Origin: Sulfurimonas sp.
Lineage (GTDB): Bacteria > Campylobacterota > Campylobacteria > Campylobacterales > Sulfurimonadaceae
DNA: 63,664 nucleotides
Direction: 5' to 3'
Assembly: GCA_041672945.1 (NCBI GenBank)
Contig: JBAYYR010000001.1
Location: 1 to 63,664, forward strand
Part shown: positions 20,491 through 31,785 of the stretch, piece after piece
Position numbering within the stretch: the stretch's first letter is position 1
How the letters are laid out: each line of letters opens with the position of its first letter
Translations under genes and position numbers: made by a program
Notes under the pieces: model-generated
What the model was told of the DNA's origin: nothing
The model's input: the letters and a program-made list of their open reading frames with translations, nothing else
Database searches by the model: none

Positions 20491-21556
20491 TTTTGGCAAA
20501 AGATTTAGATTTAGTACTTTTGGTGAGTCTCACGGAAGAGCGATAGGGTGCTTAGTTGATGGTGTTCCAGCAGGGCTTAAGATAGATGAGGATTTTATCC
20601 AAAGTGAGTTAGATAGACGAAAGCCAGGGCAAAATGAGTTCTCAACCGCTAGAAGTGAAGCCGATAAAGTAGAGATACTAAGCGGTGTTTTTGAGGGGCT
20701 AAGTACGGGAACTCCTATAGCGATGGTGATATATAACACCGATCAAAAGTCAAAAGACTACACAAATATAAAAGATATATTTCGTCCCTCTCATGCAGAT
20801 TTTACCTACTTTCATAAGTATGGATTAAGGGATTATAGAGGTGGTGGACGAAGCTCTGCTAGAGAGACAGCAGCTAGAGTTGCAGCAGGAGCGATAGCAA
20901 AGCTTATGTTAAATGAGCTTGATATAAAGGTGCTTAGTGGAGTTCTTGAAGTCGATGGTATTAGAGGTGAGCATATAGACTTTGCTAAGGCGAAAAAAAG
21001 CCCTATCTACTCACTAGATGCAAATCTAGAGGCACTTCAACAAGAGGCGATTTTAAAAGCAAAAAACTCTCATGACTCTGTGGGTGGAGTTGTAAGAGTT
21101 GAGGTAAAAAATGCCCCCGCTTCACTAGGTGAGCCGTTGTACTACAAACTAGATGCACTCTTAGCAGATGCTATGATGAGCATAAATGCCGCAAAAGCAG
21201 TTGAGATAGGTGATGGTATGCTTAGTGCTAAGCTAAAAGGTTCACAAAATAACGACCCTATAAGAAAAGATGGTTTTAGCTCAAACCATGCGGGTGGGAT
21301 TTTGGGTGGCATAAGCAATGGCGATGATATAGTTTTAAATGTTTATTTTAAGCCTACTCCATCGATATTTCAAGAGCAAAAAACTATAGATATCAACTCA
21401 AATGAGGTAGATTTTTCGCTTAAAGGGAGGCATGACCCTTGTGTTGCAGTGCGAGGAAGCATAGTTTGTGAGGCGATGGCAGCTATTGTTATAGCCGATA
21501 TGCTACTTTTAAATATGGGCTCAAAGATAGATGGGGTTCTAAAATACTATAAGTAG
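20483..21556 (+). CDS. aroC: chorismate synthase
   Basis: FGESHG...[11 protein letters not shown]...RHDPCV. Confidence 0.96.
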   Translation: MNSFGKRFRFSTFGESHGRAIGCLVDGVPAGLKIDEDFIQSELDRRKPGQNEFSTARSEADKVEILSGVFEGLSTGTPIAMVIYNTDQKSKDYTNIKDIFRPSHADFTYFHKYGLRDYRGGGRSSARETAARVAAGAIAKLMLNELDIKVLSGVLEVDGIRGEHIDFAKAKKSPIYSLDANLEALQQEAILKAKNSHDSVGGVVRVEVKNAPASLGEPLYYKLDALLADAMMSINAAKAVEIGDGMLSAKLKGSQNNDPIRKDGFSSNHAGGILGGISNGDDIVLNVYFKPTPSIFQEQKTIDINSNEVDFSLKGRHDPCVAVRGSIVCEAMAAIVIADMLLLNMGSKIDGVLKYYK

Positions 21557-21561
21557 CCATT

Positions 21562-22404
21562 TTGATAAACAAAGAAGACTTTTTTATAAACGAGATATCC
21601 GCAAGTTCGCATAACGGCGATGATGGTGCATATATAGATGGGTTTGTTTACTCTATGGATGCTTTTTTTGAAGATGTCCATTTTAAAAAAGAGTGGGTGG
21701 ACAATGCCCAGATGAGCCTAAAACAGATAGCCTATAAAGCGATGCTTATAAATATCTCAGATGCTATAGTTATGAATGCAAAACCAAAATATGCCCTTAT
21801 ATCTCTAGCTTTTCCAAAATCCCTAAGTCTAGATGAGATAAAAGAGTTAGCGAGTGGGTTTAACAAAGCAGCTGATGATTTTGGTGTTGAGATAATAGGT
21901 GGCGACACCATAGAAAACCATAAGATAGATATCTCTATAACTATCATCTCAAAAACTAAAAAACCAATCTTTAGAAAAACTTTAAAAGAGGGCGATTTGC
22001 TTTGTTATAGTGGAAAATTAGGTGGTGCTAAAAGAGATCTTAAAAGGCTTTTTAGAGGCGAGAAGATTAAAAAATCTTCAAGATTTATCAAGCCTAAACT
22101 AAGGGGTGAGTTTTTTTATGAGGCTTCAAAGTATATAAGTGCATCTATGGATATAAGCGATGGGCTTTTTATAGATCTTAAAAAACTCTCAAAAGCATCA
22201 AATCTAGGGTTTGAGTTTTTAGAGCCTATAAGTGATGAGGTGGGAACTTCAGCCGAAGAGTATGAGCTACTTTTAGGAGTTAGCCCAAAGCATGTCAAAA
22301 AACTAAAATCTATCGCTAAAAAACATAAACTAAAACTAACATTTTTCGCTAAAGCTATAGAGGGGAGCTACACAAATAGCTACTTAGATAACCACTTCAA
22401 TTAA
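21562..22404 (+). CDS. thiL: thiamine-monophosphate kinase
   Basis: An AIR-synthase-like fold (GDDGAY...DAFFEDVHF...ISDA). TTG start. Confidence 0.8.
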   Translation: MINKEDFFINEISASSHNGDDGAYIDGFVYSMDAFFEDVHFKKEWVDNAQMSLKQIAYKAMLINISDAIVMNAKPKYALISLAFPKSLSLDEIKELASGFNKAADDFGVEIIGGDTIENHKIDISITIISKTKKPIFRKTLKEGDLLCYSGKLGGAKRDLKRLFRGEKIKKSSRFIKPKLRGEFFYEASKYISASMDISDGLFIDLKKLSKASNLGFEFLEPISDEVGTSAEEYELLLGVSPKHVKKLKSIAKKHKLKLTFFAKAIEGSYTNSYLDNHFN

Positions 22405-23176
22405 CTAGTTTTATCTCTAGTTCTAGCTCTATATCGTAGGTAGCTTTTACTCTTTTTTTAGCTTCATCTATAAGCTTTAGCACATCTTCATAGGTTGCCC
22501 CGCCGTGATTTACTAAAAAGTTTGCATGTATATCGCTAAAAGAGGCACCACCAACTCTAAAACCTTTTAGCCCAACACCCTCTATAACTCTCCCCGCAAA
22601 GTCACCTTTTGGGTTTTTAAAACAACTCCCCGCACTAGGGGTTGATGGTTGGTTTGCTCTCATAGCCTTAAAAATTGCTACTCTTTTCTCATCAAAGCCG
22701 TAGCTTAGCTTAAAAGTCGCCTCTAATATAGTTGAGTCTATCTTGGTGTAGCGGTAGCCAAAATCTATATCTTTTTTTAAAATCTCACCGTGACATGTTT
22801 TTATACTTATAATATTATCAAATATCTCAAACTCTTTAAGCCCTGCATTCATAAAGACTAACCCGCCTAAAGTTCCAGGGAGTGAGCTTAAAAACTCAAA
22901 ATCTGATATATTGTGTTTTTTGGCAAATGAGAAGATCTTGCCCGATGGTGTTGCCGCACCTATGCTAAGAGAGTTATCTTTTATATTTATATAGTCAAAC
23001 TTTTTGCTTAGTTTTGCAAGAGGTGGAGGGTTTTGTGATACTACAAGGTTATTGCATGAGCCTATTAAAAAATGCTCATCTCGCAGCTCATTGCACTCAT
23101 CTATGATGTCTACTTCTACTTTTGGACCTATTTTTATAGATGAAAAAACAGAAAAATCTATAAGTTTTTTTCTCAT
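22397..23176 (-). CDS. murB: UDP-N-acetylenolpyruvoylglucosamine reductase
   Basis: 259 aa. SAGSCFKNP and FSDIHANFLVN are typical of short MurB. fliQ-murB adjacency matches Campylobacter and Helicobacter. Confidence 0.9.
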   Translation of the reverse strand: MRKKLIDFSVFSSIKIGPKVEVDIIDECNELRDEHFLIGSCNNLVVSQNPPPLAKLSKKFDYINIKDNSLSIGAATPSGKIFSFAKKHNISDFEFLSSLPGTLGGLVFMNAGLKEFEIFDNIISIKTCHGEILKKDIDFGYRYTKIDSTILEATFKLSYGFDEKRVAIFKAMRANQPSTPSAGSCFKNPKGDFAGRVIEGVGLKGFRVGGASFSDIHANFLVNHGGATYEDVLKLIDEAKKRVKATYDIELELEIKLVN

Positions 23177-23443
23177 CTAGTCTATAAAAGTTGGTATCAT
23201 ATTGAAGATATTTGAAGCAAATGTTGAGATAGAATCAAGCATCCACGGCATAGTTAGTACTAAAACTACAGCAACAGCGATGATTTTTGGTATAAAACTT
23301 AGCGTCATCTCATTTATCGATGTAGTAGCTTGAAATATACTAACACTAAGCCCAACTATCATACCTGTAAAAAGGGCAGGAAAAGCAAGCATTAGAGCCA
23401 TCTTAAATGTCTCCACACCTAATGCTATAAGCTTAGCTTCCAT
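23177..23443 (-). CDS. fliQ: flagellar export apparatus protein FliQ
   Basis: An 88-aa two-TM protein with QATTSINEMTLSFIPK. Confidence 0.93.
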   Translation of the reverse strand: MEAKLIALGVETFKMALMLAFPALFTGMIVGLSVSIFQATTSINEMTLSFIPKIIAVAVVLVLTMPWMLDSISTFASNIFNMIPTFID

Positions 23444-23446
23444 CGT

Positions 23447-24316
23447 TTATGAGTCCCTTAGCTCTTTATACTCAGTTGGTATCATAAAATCTTTGCTTTT
23501 TATACTAGCATCATAAAAGCCGTGCTTATAGCCTAGTTCAAAGAGTTTATCTATCGCTTTAAGTTGAATATCGCTTAGTTCTATGGAGCTATCATTTGCA
23601 TATAGCTCAAGGTATCTATCTAGTGTTGGGGCATCTATACGGACTAGATTTCGCTCAAGAAGCATTTGTGAGAGTTTATGTTTATGCTCTCTTGCAACTT
23701 TGACTGCTTTTGTTAGAGTTTGTTCGTATTCTATAGCTTTATTTAGTGGCAAGGCTCTGCTTATAGCCATACCACCTAGTGGGAGTGGAAGCTCATCTTT
23801 TGCAAGTTCTAGCCAGATATCCCAACGCTCTCGCTCAACCTCTAGCTTATCACTAAAAGTTAAAATACTCTCATGTATAAGCACTCCCGCATCGACTTTT
23901 CCATCTAGCACGGCATCTTCTATATCTAAAAAGTTCATATAGACTATCTTAGCATCAGGGTAGGCTATACGAAAAAGTAGAGCATTTGTGGTATCTTTTC
24001 CACTTAGTGCAACTTTGAAGTTTCTCTTTAGAGTAACACCTTTTTTCTTTATGATTTTAGGACCATAACCCTCACCAAAACTAACTGCGGTTTTTAAAAG
24101 TGCATAGTTCTCTCTTATGTGTGGATATAGAGCAAAACTTATGGCGACTATCTCATATTCACTTTTTAGTGCCGCTTCATTTAGTGTTTGTATATCTTGA
24201 GCTATATTATTAAAACTTATACCACTCATATCTACCCAGCCAAATTTTATGGCATAGTACATAAAAATATCATCGGCATCTGGGGAGTGGGCTATTAACA
24301 TACTTTTTTTATTCAT
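23447..24316 (-). CDS. MqnA/MqnD/SBP-family protein (futalosine menaquinone pathway-type)
   Basis: 289 aa. AHSPDADDIFMYYA and overall periplasmic-binding-protein-like similarity to VitK2_biosynth family members. The exact step is not assignable. Confidence 0.6.
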   Translation of the reverse strand: MNKKSMLIAHSPDADDIFMYYAIKFGWVDMSGISFNNIAQDIQTLNEAALKSEYEIVAISFALYPHIRENYALLKTAVSFGEGYGPKIIKKKGVTLKRNFKVALSGKDTTNALLFRIAYPDAKIVYMNFLDIEDAVLDGKVDAGVLIHESILTFSDKLEVERERWDIWLELAKDELPLPLGGMAISRALPLNKAIEYEQTLTKAVKVAREHKHKLSQMLLERNLVRIDAPTLDRYLELYANDSSIELSDIQLKAIDKLFELGYKHGFYDASIKSKDFMIPTEYKELRDS

Positions 24317-24434
24317 AAACTAGATTTTAACCAAATAACGATAAAATATCTCTTTATCTACAAAAACTCTGCTTTTATGCAGTTTTGTAAAGATGTATAT
24401 AGATAGATAAATTTTAAAAATAGGTGTCTAAAGT

Positions 24435-25472
24435 ATGGATGAAAATAAGAAAAAATCGTTAGATTTAGCTCTAAAACAGATAGATAAAGCCTTTGGAAAA
24501 GGCACTCTAATGAGGCTAGGTGACAAAGAGATAGTCCCTATAGAGGCTATAAGCACAGGCTCTCTTGGGCTTGATCTTGCCCTTGGGATAGGCGGTGTTC
24601 CAAAAGGTAGGATTATAGAAGTGTATGGACCTGAGAGTTCAGGTAAAACAACTCTAGCACTTCAAATAACAGCAGAGGCTCAAAAAAGTGGCGGTGTTTG
24701 TGCATTTATAGATGCTGAACATGCTCTTGATGTACTCTATGCAAAAAATCTTGGTGTCGATGTTGAAAACCTTTTAGTTTCACAGCCAGATTATGGCGAA
24801 CAAGCTCTTGATATAGTTGAGACTGTTGCTAGAAGTGGTGCGGTTGATCTTATAGTTGTCGATTCAGTCGCCGCTCTTACCCCTAAGTCTGAGATAGAGG
24901 GTGAGATGTCTGATCAAAATGTTGGTGTTCAAGCTAGACTTATGTCAAAAGCTCTTAGAAAGCTAACGGGTGTTTTACACAAGATGAACTGTACTGTAAT
25001 ATTTATAAATCAAATCCGTATGAAGATAGGTATGATGGGGTATGGCTCACCAGAGACCACAACAGGTGGAAATGCACTTAAGTTTTATGCATCTGTTCGT
25101 ATCGATGTTCGTCGTATCGCTTCACTAAAACAGGGTGAAGATCAGATAGGAAATCGTGTAAAAGCAAAAGTTATAAAAAACAAAGTCGCTCCACCATTTC
25201 GTCAAGCTGAGTTTGATATTATGTTTGGAGAGGGTATCTCTAAAGCGGGTGAGCTAGTCGATTATGGTGTGAAGCTTGATATCATCGATAAAAGCGGTGC
25301 TTGGTTTAGTTATGGCGAGACAAAACTAGGTCAAGGTAGAGAAAATGTTAAAGCTAAGTTTTTAGAAGATAAAGCTCTAGCTAGTGAGATAGAAGAGAAG
25401 ATAAAAACAGCTATAGGTTTGAGTAACCTTATATCTATGGGTGCAGATGAGATAAATGAGGAGGTAGAGTAG
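24435..25472 (+). CDS. recA: recombinase RecA
   Basis: Has GPESSGKTT and is near-identical in pattern to Campylobacter RecA. Confidence 0.98.
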   Translation: MDENKKKSLDLALKQIDKAFGKGTLMRLGDKEIVPIEAISTGSLGLDLALGIGGVPKGRIIEVYGPESSGKTTLALQITAEAQKSGGVCAFIDAEHALDVLYAKNLGVDVENLLVSQPDYGEQALDIVETVARSGAVDLIVVDSVAALTPKSEIEGEMSDQNVGVQARLMSKALRKLTGVLHKMNCTVIFINQIRMKIGMMGYGSPETTTGGNALKFYASVRIDVRRIASLKQGEDQIGNRVKAKVIKNKVAPPFRQAEFDIMFGEGISKAGELVDYGVKLDIIDKSGAWFSYGETKLGQGRENVKAKFLEDKALASEIEEKIKTAIGLSNLISMGADEINEEVE

Positions 25473-25473
25473 G

Positions 25474-26739
25474 ATGTTTATAAACGATGTACAAGCTATA
25501 GAGGTGATGGACTCAAGAGGGAATCCAACAGTTAAAGCTACAGTTGAGTTAAGTGATGGGAGCATAGCTAGTGCGATAGTTCCTAGTGGAGCTTCAACAG
25601 GAAAAAGAGAGGCACTTGAGCTTAGAGATGGCGGGTCTCGCTATATGGGTAAGGGTGTATTAAAAGCAGTTGAGAATGTAAATGGAGCGATAGCTGAAGC
25701 TCTAATAGGGTTAAGCCCTTATAATCAAGCAGTAGTAGATGCAACTATGAAAGAGTTAGATGGCACAGACAACTACTCAAATCTTGGAGCAAATGCAGTG
25801 CTAGGTGTATCTATGGCGGTAGCTAGAGCGGCTGCTAAAAGTCTAAATGTACCACTATATCGCTATTTGGGTGGTGCTAATGCTATGGTTATACCAACAC
25901 CTATGTTAAACATTATAAATGGTGGAAGTCATGCCGATAATTCGGTAGATTTTCAAGAGTATATGATTATGCCTATCGGTTTTGATGATTTTACTACAGC
26001 ACTTCAAGCAAGTGCAGAGGTTTATCATAACCTAAAAGATATACTAAAGTCTAAAAAACATAGTACCGCTTTAGGAGATGAGGGTGGTTTTGCACCAGAC
26101 CTTAGCTCAAATGAGGAGCCTATAGAGGTTATTATGGAGGCTATAAAAAAAGCAGGTTATAAAGCGGGAGAGCAGATAGCTATAGCACTTGATATTGCTG
26201 CTAGTGAGCTAGTTTGTGAGGGTGGTTATAGGTTAGATAGTGAAAATAGAACTCTAAGCTCATCTGAGTTAGTTGATTATTATGTAGACTTATGTAACAA
26301 GTACCCGATAGTCTCCATAGAAGATGGTTTAAGCGAAGATGATTGGGATGGATGGAAAATTCTAACCCAAAAATTAGGCGATAGAGTTCAGCTAGTAGGA
26401 GATGATCTCTTTGTTACAAATGCTTCGATTTTAAATGAGGGTATCCAAAAAGATATAGCAAACTCTATACTCATCAAGCCAAATCAGATAGGTTCAGTTA
26501 GTGAGACTATGCAAACGGTTCGTTTAGCTCAAAGAAATGGCTATAAATGTGTTATGAGTCACCGCTCTGGCGAGAGTGAAGATGCTTTTATAGCAGACTT
26601 CGCAGTTGCACTAAATTGTGGTGAGATAAAAACAGGCTCAACCGCAAGAGGTGAGAGAAGTGCAAAATATAACCGTCTTTTAGAGATCGAAAATGAGACT
26701 CTATATGGTGAATATATAGGCAAGGTGCTTTTTAAGTAG
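25474..26739 (+). CDS. eno: enolase
   Basis: [11 protein letters not shown]...SHRSGETED-type motif (SHRSGESED). Confidence 0.97.
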   Translation: MFINDVQAIEVMDSRGNPTVKATVELSDGSIASAIVPSGASTGKREALELRDGGSRYMGKGVLKAVENVNGAIAEALIGLSPYNQAVVDATMKELDGTDNYSNLGANAVLGVSMAVARAAAKSLNVPLYRYLGGANAMVIPTPMLNIINGGSHADNSVDFQEYMIMPIGFDDFTTALQASAEVYHNLKDILKSKKHSTALGDEGGFAPDLSSNEEPIEVIMEAIKKAGYKAGEQIAIALDIAASELVCEGGYRLDSENRTLSSSELVDYYVDLCNKYPIVSIEDGLSEDDWDGWKILTQKLGDRVQLVGDDLFVTNASILNEGIQKDIANSILIKPNQIGSVSETMQTVRLAQRNGYKCVMSHRSGESEDAFIADFAVALNCGEIKTGSTARGERSAKYNRLLEIENETLYGEYIGKVLFK

Positions 26740-27018
26740 ATGAGCAGAAGTGAACTTTATGAAACTATAGAGTTTAATGAGGGGTTTTTTCAAAGACACC
26801 TTGGTATCTCTTTTGTAAAGTTTCTCTTTTTAGTTGTAGTTGTTGTTGGGTTTGGTATATATATGGGGTTGCTTTTATATGGTAAAAACTCACTAGAGGT
26901 ACTACTAAATCTTAGAGATTATGAGGTGCATCTACAACAAGATATAAGTGAGTTAAAAGTTCAAAATGCTCAGCTTCAAAAAGACTATTTTGAACTTAAG
27001 ATGATTAGTCCAAAGTAG
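26740..27018 (+). CDS. FtsB/DivIC-like septum formation initiator
   Basis: 92 aa with one TM helix followed by a coiled coil (LQQDISELKVQNAQLQKDYFEL). It lies downstream of eno, as ftsB does in many bacteria. Confidence 0.55.
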   Translation: MSRSELYETIEFNEGFFQRHLGISFVKFLFLVVVVVGFGIYMGLLLYGKNSLEVLLNLRDYEVHLQQDISELKVQNAQLQKDYFELKMISPK

Positions 27019-27032
27019 CTACAAGGGTTTTT

Positions 27033-27698
27033 ATGGGAAGATTTTTTTTATTTATATGTATCTTTATAACTCTTGATGCTAGAGAAAATCCATTTTTCTC
27101 AACCAATGAGGGCGATGATATCACCATAAGTACAAACAGAGTCAAAGAGCTTGAGAGCTTTGATAAACAGAGCATAAAACTAGACTCAAGTGCTAGAGTC
27201 CTAAAGAGTGTTACACTTGAGTACAAAAATCTAGATGGCTCCATCGAGCATAAAACTATCAATATAGAGAAGAAAATCGATTGGCATAATCCTATAGAGA
27301 TCTCTCAGATTAAGCCGATAAAACCAGAGCCTATAGTAGCTAAAAAAGATGAGCCCAAAGAGTCTGTTAGAGATGCAGTAAAAACCGATCCATACCTTAG
27401 CAAGATAGAGCCAAAAGCTATAGGTTATAGTGTTGAGGTGTATGATAAAAAGATAAAACTATACGGTTCAGATAAGCTTTTGCGAGAGTTTATGATAAGT
27501 ATGCCTTGTAGGGTTGTTTTGGACTTTGAGTCTGCTAAGATGGTAAAAAACCAAACCATAAAAGTTAGTAGTTCGATATTTACAGACCTTCGCATAGGGT
27601 ATCATGATGGTTACTATAGGATGGTTTTTGAAGTTGATGGCAAGTACCGATACAAACTAAACAAAACACCCTATGGCTATGATATAGAGTTTTTTTAA
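27033..27698 (+). CDS. secreted AMIN-domain-like protein
   Basis: Has a signal peptide. The C-terminal CRVVLDFESAK...DLRIGYHDGYYRMVFEV resembles an AMIN domain. Confidence 0.45.
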   Translation: MGRFFLFICIFITLDARENPFFSTNEGDDITISTNRVKELESFDKQSIKLDSSARVLKSVTLEYKNLDGSIEHKTINIEKKIDWHNPIEISQIKPIKPEPIVAKKDEPKESVRDAVKTDPYLSKIEPKAIGYSVEVYDKKIKLYGSDKLLREFMISMPCRVVLDFESAKMVKNQTIKVSSSIFTDLRIGYHDGYYRMVFEVDGKYRYKLNKTPYGYDIEFF

Positions 27699-28192
27699 AG
27701 CAGGGATTTAAACTGAGCTAAAATCCTATCTAAGCTCTCATTGCTCAAACTTTTTTTATAAGATGTGAGTATCTCTCTAGGTGCCACAACTCCCCCTAAT
27801 CTAGTAAAGATAACTCTCATCGAGTTTAGCAGATCATCCCCACCACCACCCGAATGTGTCGCTAAAAGTATAGTTTTTAGTACAAATAGATCTCTAAAGT
27901 CATCCCCTATCCTAGATATCCATGCGATCATATTTAAAAGAGTTGGCGGCGGTGCATAGTTGTATTCGGGTGCTACAAATATATACCCTTTTGAGATGAG
28001 CATCTCCTTAGCTAGTGTTGTGGCAACTTGTGGTATCCCATCATCTTGCTCCTTTTGGGTGCTATACATCGGAAGCTCAAGCTCTGGTATTTTTACTATT
28101 TTAGACTCTATATCTATATGAGTTAGGTGAGTCTCTATCCTTTTTGCAAGTTTTAGATTCTCATTTAGACTTGCCACAAATATTATTACCAT
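27695..28192 (-). CDS. NADPH-dependent FMN reductase / flavodoxin-like fold protein
   Basis: 165 aa with VAPEYNYAPPPTLLNMIAW, typical of the FMN_red family. Confidence 0.6.
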   Translation of the reverse strand: MVIIFVASLNENLKLAKRIETHLTHIDIESKIVKIPELELPMYSTQKEQDDGIPQVATTLAKEMLISKGYIFVAPEYNYAPPPTLLNMIAWISRIGDDFRDLFVLKTILLATHSGGGGDDLLNSMRVIFTRLGGVVAPREILTSYKKSLSNESLDRILAQFKSLL

Positions 28193-28229
28193 TTTTTACC
28201 CCATAAATTTTTTCATCAATCTTAGCATT

Positions 28230-28784
28230 TTAGAAGTTTAGAAGAGATTTAACCTTGTAGCTTTTTCTATGTATTTTGCTATAGCCATACTTTTTTATAA
28301 GCTCTATATGTCTAGCGGTGCCATACCCTTTGTGTTTTTCTAGTTCGTATTGTGGGTAGAGTTTTGCTAGTTTTACTATATCTCTATCGTGGGTCACTTT
28401 TGCTACTATAGAAGCGGCACTAACCTCGGCTATTTTGCTATCTGCTTTTATTATAGTAGTTATATTTTTAACACCAAATGAGCTATTTCCATCAAATATA
28501 TACTCATCACTTTTTATATTTGTTAAAATCTCTTCCAAAGCAAACTTTATGCAGTAAGATATGCCATGCTCATCTATGGTATCGGGTGAAATCTTCACTA
28601 TATGGTATGTTGAGTTTTGTATGATCTGCTCAAAAAGCGACTCTCTTTTTTTTGGTGTTAGTTTTTTAGAATCACTTAAGCCATCTATATGGTTGTGCAA
28701 AACTAGCCCCACTACTACCATATCACCAGCTAGTGGACCACGACCCGCTTCATCAATACCACATATCACAGTGACAATGCCCAT
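28230..28784 (-). CDS. rnhB: ribonuclease HII
   Basis: CGIDEAGRGPLAG...DSKKL...ASIVAK. Confidence 0.93.
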   Translation of the reverse strand: MGIVTVICGIDEAGRGPLAGDMVVVGLVLHNHIDGLSDSKKLTPKKRESLFEQIIQNSTYHIVKISPDTIDEHGISYCIKFALEEILTNIKSDEYIFDGNSSFGVKNITTIIKADSKIAEVSAASIVAKVTHDRDIVKLAKLYPQYELEKHKGYGTARHIELIKKYGYSKIHRKSYKVKSLLNF

Positions 28785-29833
28785 CTATCAAAAGGGAGTA
28801 TCTCAACTTTTGCAAAAGGGTGGTTTATGGTTATTTCATTGTTTACACTAACAATATTTATAGTTTTTACACCATGCATAAATATAAAACTCTCCATCGA
28901 TTCTAGTTTTTTAAATATAGCTCTCTCATCTGCAAATGGACTAGCTAAGACCACCATATTTTTAGATGGTATATAAAAATCGACCCCCTCATCATAAAAA
29001 GAGTCGTGGTTAGATTTTAGAAGCTCTAAGTATATAAGATTTTCAAAAATACGGCTAAAGTTTTTGATATTGCTTAGGGCGTTTTTGAGAGTTATATCAC
29101 ATATATATAGTTTTTTTGTAGCTTTTGGGTGGTTTAGTTTTGGTAGTTCGTGTATGTAGTTTCTCTCTAAAAGGTTTGCATATGAGCTATAGAGTTTATC
29201 TTTTGATATTTTTATATGGTTTTTTAACCTCTCATATATAGCAAAGGGGGATATTTTTTGTGCTAACATCTTGCTTGATTGCAAGAGTATATTTAAAGGT
29301 ATCTCATCTAGGCTAGTTTTAAGAAGATTTTGGATGCCATATATCCGCTCATCTGAGGTTTTTTGGTAAAACTCATAAAAGCCACCAAGATTAAGGTATT
29401 GATTTAAGGCACTAACATCATACTTACCCTCATAGGCTAAAAACTCCTCGTAGCTTAGTGGGTATAGACGCAAGGTTTTTAAAAAATCATACCCTAGATT
29501 TAGCTCAGATGATAGTATAAGTACAGGGACATTTGGTATATTTATGGTTGATTTGTAGTTATCAAGCACTAATGTATCTATGTGGTTTTTAAGACAAAAC
29601 TGACTTAGCAAAGTGTTTAGTCCATCTATATCTAACCTAAAATCACTACAGTTTATATATAGGTAGCTCCCTTTTTTTAAACCACTAAGGTGGTTTTTTA
29701 TAAGTTTAGTTTTGCCCGAACCAGCAACTCCTACTACCATATAACTAATATTTTCTTCAAGAGAGAGTTTTCGCGAGTAGTTTTTGTCGATTTTTATATC
29801 GAGTTTATACAAATCTTCTAGTAAATTTAACAT
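28766..29833 (-). CDS. P-loop ATPase of the AAA_14/DUF4143 (COG1373-like) type
   Basis: Walker A GVAGSGKTK, Walker B DTLVLDN, and a C-terminal ENLIYLEL...VDFYIP segment. I prefer the ATG at 29833; the track TTG is at 29869. The 3-prime end overlaps rnhB by 19 nt. Confidence 0.6.
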   Translation of the reverse strand: MLNLLEDLYKLDIKIDKNYSRKLSLEENISYMVVGVAGSGKTKLIKNHLSGLKKGSYLYINCSDFRLDIDGLNTLLSQFCLKNHIDTLVLDNYKSTINIPNVPVLILSSELNLGYDFLKTLRLYPLSYEEFLAYEGKYDVSALNQYLNLGGFYEFYQKTSDERIYGIQNLLKTSLDEIPLNILLQSSKMLAQKISPFAIYERLKNHIKISKDKLYSSYANLLERNYIHELPKLNHPKATKKLYICDITLKNALSNIKNFSRIFENLIYLELLKSNHDSFYDEGVDFYIPSKNMVVLASPFADERAIFKKLESMESFIFMHGVKTINIVSVNNEITINHPFAKVEILPFDRWALSL

Positions 29834-29989
29834 AAATAATTTTATCACTTCCTTGCTTAAAGGAAACAAATTTTATAAAAATAGAGAATTTGACCCTATT
29901 TGTATTGTATTTTGAAACTCATTTGGGTACAATTGCGTCCCTTAAATATAGTTAGGCTAACCTAACGAGTTCTTTAAAGAAGGAAAAAA

Positions 29990-30301
29990 ATGGAAAAAAT
30001 TCGTTTGAAGTTAAAAGCGTATGATCATCGTGTACTAGATAGATCAGTAGCTTCAATAGTTGAGGCAGTTAAGCGTACTGGTGCAGTAATCCGTGGTCCA
30101 ATCCCACTACCTACTAAAATTCGTAAATATACAGTTTTAAAATCACCACATGTTAACAAAAAGTCTCGTGAACAATTTGAGATAAGAATGCATGGAAGAC
30201 TAATCGATATAGTTTCTGCTACATCTGATACAGTTGATTCTCTTATGAAGCTTGATTTAGCACCTGAAGTGGATGTTGAAGTTCGCTCAATGGATAAATA
30301 G
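29990..30301 (+). CDS. rpsJ: 30S ribosomal protein S10
   Basis: [14 protein letters not shown]... is the first gene of the S10 cluster. Confidence 0.98.
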   Translation: MEKIRLKLKAYDHRVLDRSVASIVEAVKRTGAVIRGPIPLPTKIRKYTVLKSPHVNKKSREQFEIRMHGRLIDIVSATSDTVDSLMKLDLAPEVDVEVRSMDK

Positions 30302-30310
30302 GAGGAATAG

Positions 30311-30889
30311 ATGGAATATATCGTAGAAAAAATTGGTATGAGCCGTACAATAGGCGATCAAAGTAGACCAGTAACTCTTTTAAAAGTTCTTGATGCAAAA
30401 GTTTGTGAACTAAATGAGAACGGTACTGCTATAGTAGCTTATACAAACGGCAAAAAAACAAACAAAGCAACAGAAGGTCAGCAAAAAAAATACAGCCTTT
30501 CTGCTGAATTTAACCGTTTTGTAACTCTTGAAGTAGCAAATACTGAAGCTGGAAATATAGACTTTACTCCACTAAGTGAAGCAAAAGTTGTAAAATCGAC
30601 TTTTAACACAAAAGGTCGCGGTTTTAGTGGTGCTATGAAAAGATGGAACTTTGGTGGTGGTCCAGCTGCGCATGGTCATAGATTTGGAAGACGAACAGGT
30701 TCTATAGGTAACGCAGAGTTCCCTGGTCGTGTTATGAAGGGTAAAAAGATGCCTGGACAATACGGAAATGAGAAAAACAGTGTTAAAAATGAGATTCTCT
30801 CTTTTGATGCTGAAAATAATATATTAGTAGTTGTAGGCTCTGTTTCAGGTGCAAATGGAGCATTAGGACGAATAAAGGTAGCTAAATAA
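30311..30889 (+). CDS. rplC: 50S ribosomal protein L3
   Basis: uL3 sequence in the canonical position. Confidence 0.96.
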   Translation: MEYIVEKIGMSRTIGDQSRPVTLLKVLDAKVCELNENGTAIVAYTNGKKTNKATEGQQKKYSLSAEFNRFVTLEVANTEAGNIDFTPLSEAKVVKSTFNTKGRGFSGAMKRWNFGGGPAAHGHRFGRRTGSIGNAEFPGRVMKGKKMPGQYGNEKNSVKNEILSFDAENNILVVVGSVSGANGALGRIKVAK

Positions 30890-31503
30890 TGAAAGCAATA
30901 GTACTAGATGATAAGATGCAAAAAGCTTCTGAAGTAGCACTACCACAAAGTTTTGATGGTATAAACCCTCATAACCTATACCTATATGTAAAGTCAGCTC
31001 AAGCATCATTTAGAGCTAACTCAGCTCATACTCTAACTCGTGCAGAAGTTAGAGGTGGTGGTAAAAAACCTTGGGCTCAAAAAGGTGGCGGTAGAGGTCG
31101 TGCTGGTTCTAGAAGAGATCCATCATTTGTTGGTGGTGGTGTAGTTTTTGGACCAAAAAACAATAGAAACTATGATCTTAAAGTAAACAAAAAACAGAAA
31201 AAACTTGCACTAAATTTTGCACTAAATGAGCATGCAAAAAATGGTTCACTGTTTATAGTAGATAGCATTGAAATTGCATCAGGCAAAACAAAAGATGCTG
31301 CTGCGATGTTTAAATCGTTAAACCAAAGAGATACACTATTTGTAAAAGCTCTTTTAGATGAAAAAACATATCTTGCGTTTAACAACCTATCTATGACATA
31401 TGTTATAGAAGAAAATGAGCTAAATGCTTACCTAGCTGCTACATATCGCTCAGTAGTGATAGAAAAAGCAGTTTGGGAAAATCTTGTAAGTGGAGCTAAC
31501 TAA
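30889..31503 (+). CDS. rplD: 50S ribosomal protein L4
   Basis: uL4 sequence ([20 protein letters not shown]). Confidence 0.96.
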   Translation: MKAIVLDDKMQKASEVALPQSFDGINPHNLYLYVKSAQASFRANSAHTLTRAEVRGGGKKPWAQKGGGRGRAGSRRDPSFVGGGVVFGPKNNRNYDLKVNKKQKKLALNFALNEHAKNGSLFIVDSIEIASGKTKDAAAMFKSLNQRDTLFVKALLDEKTYLAFNNLSMTYVIEENELNAYLAATYRSVVIEKAVWENLVSGAN

Positions 31504-31784
31504 TGGCAGATATTACAGATATCAAATCGATATTATATACAGAGAAAACTCTAGCGATGCAAGAGAATGGTGTACTTGTAGTACAAACTTCTCCTCGTAT
31601 GACAAAAAACTCTCTAAAAGAGGTTTTTCGTGAGTACTTTGGTGTTACTCCATCAAGAGTAAACTCACTAAACCAAGAGGGTAAAGTTAAGAGATTCCGC
31701 GGAAGAATCGGAAAACAAAATGATTTTAAAAAGTTCTATGTAAAGCTACCAGAAGGTGCTGCGATAGAAAGTTTGGCGGTGTAG
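31503..31784 (+). CDS. rplW: 50S ribosomal protein L23
   Basis: uL23 sequence in the canonical position. Confidence 0.95.
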   Translation: MADITDIKSILYTEKTLAMQENGVLVVQTSPRMTKNSLKEVFREYFGVTPSRVNSLNQEGKVKRFRGRIGKQNDFKKFYVKLPEGAAIESLAV

Positions 31785-31785
31785 T

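Noticed and set aside
29870-29989. An S10-operon leader attenuator (L4-regulated), based on the hairpin GTTAGG-ctaa-CCTAAC at 29951-29966.
   Set aside because: The stem is only 6 bp with no following U-run and no resemblance I can verify to the enterobacterial S10 leader. This is insufficient evidence.
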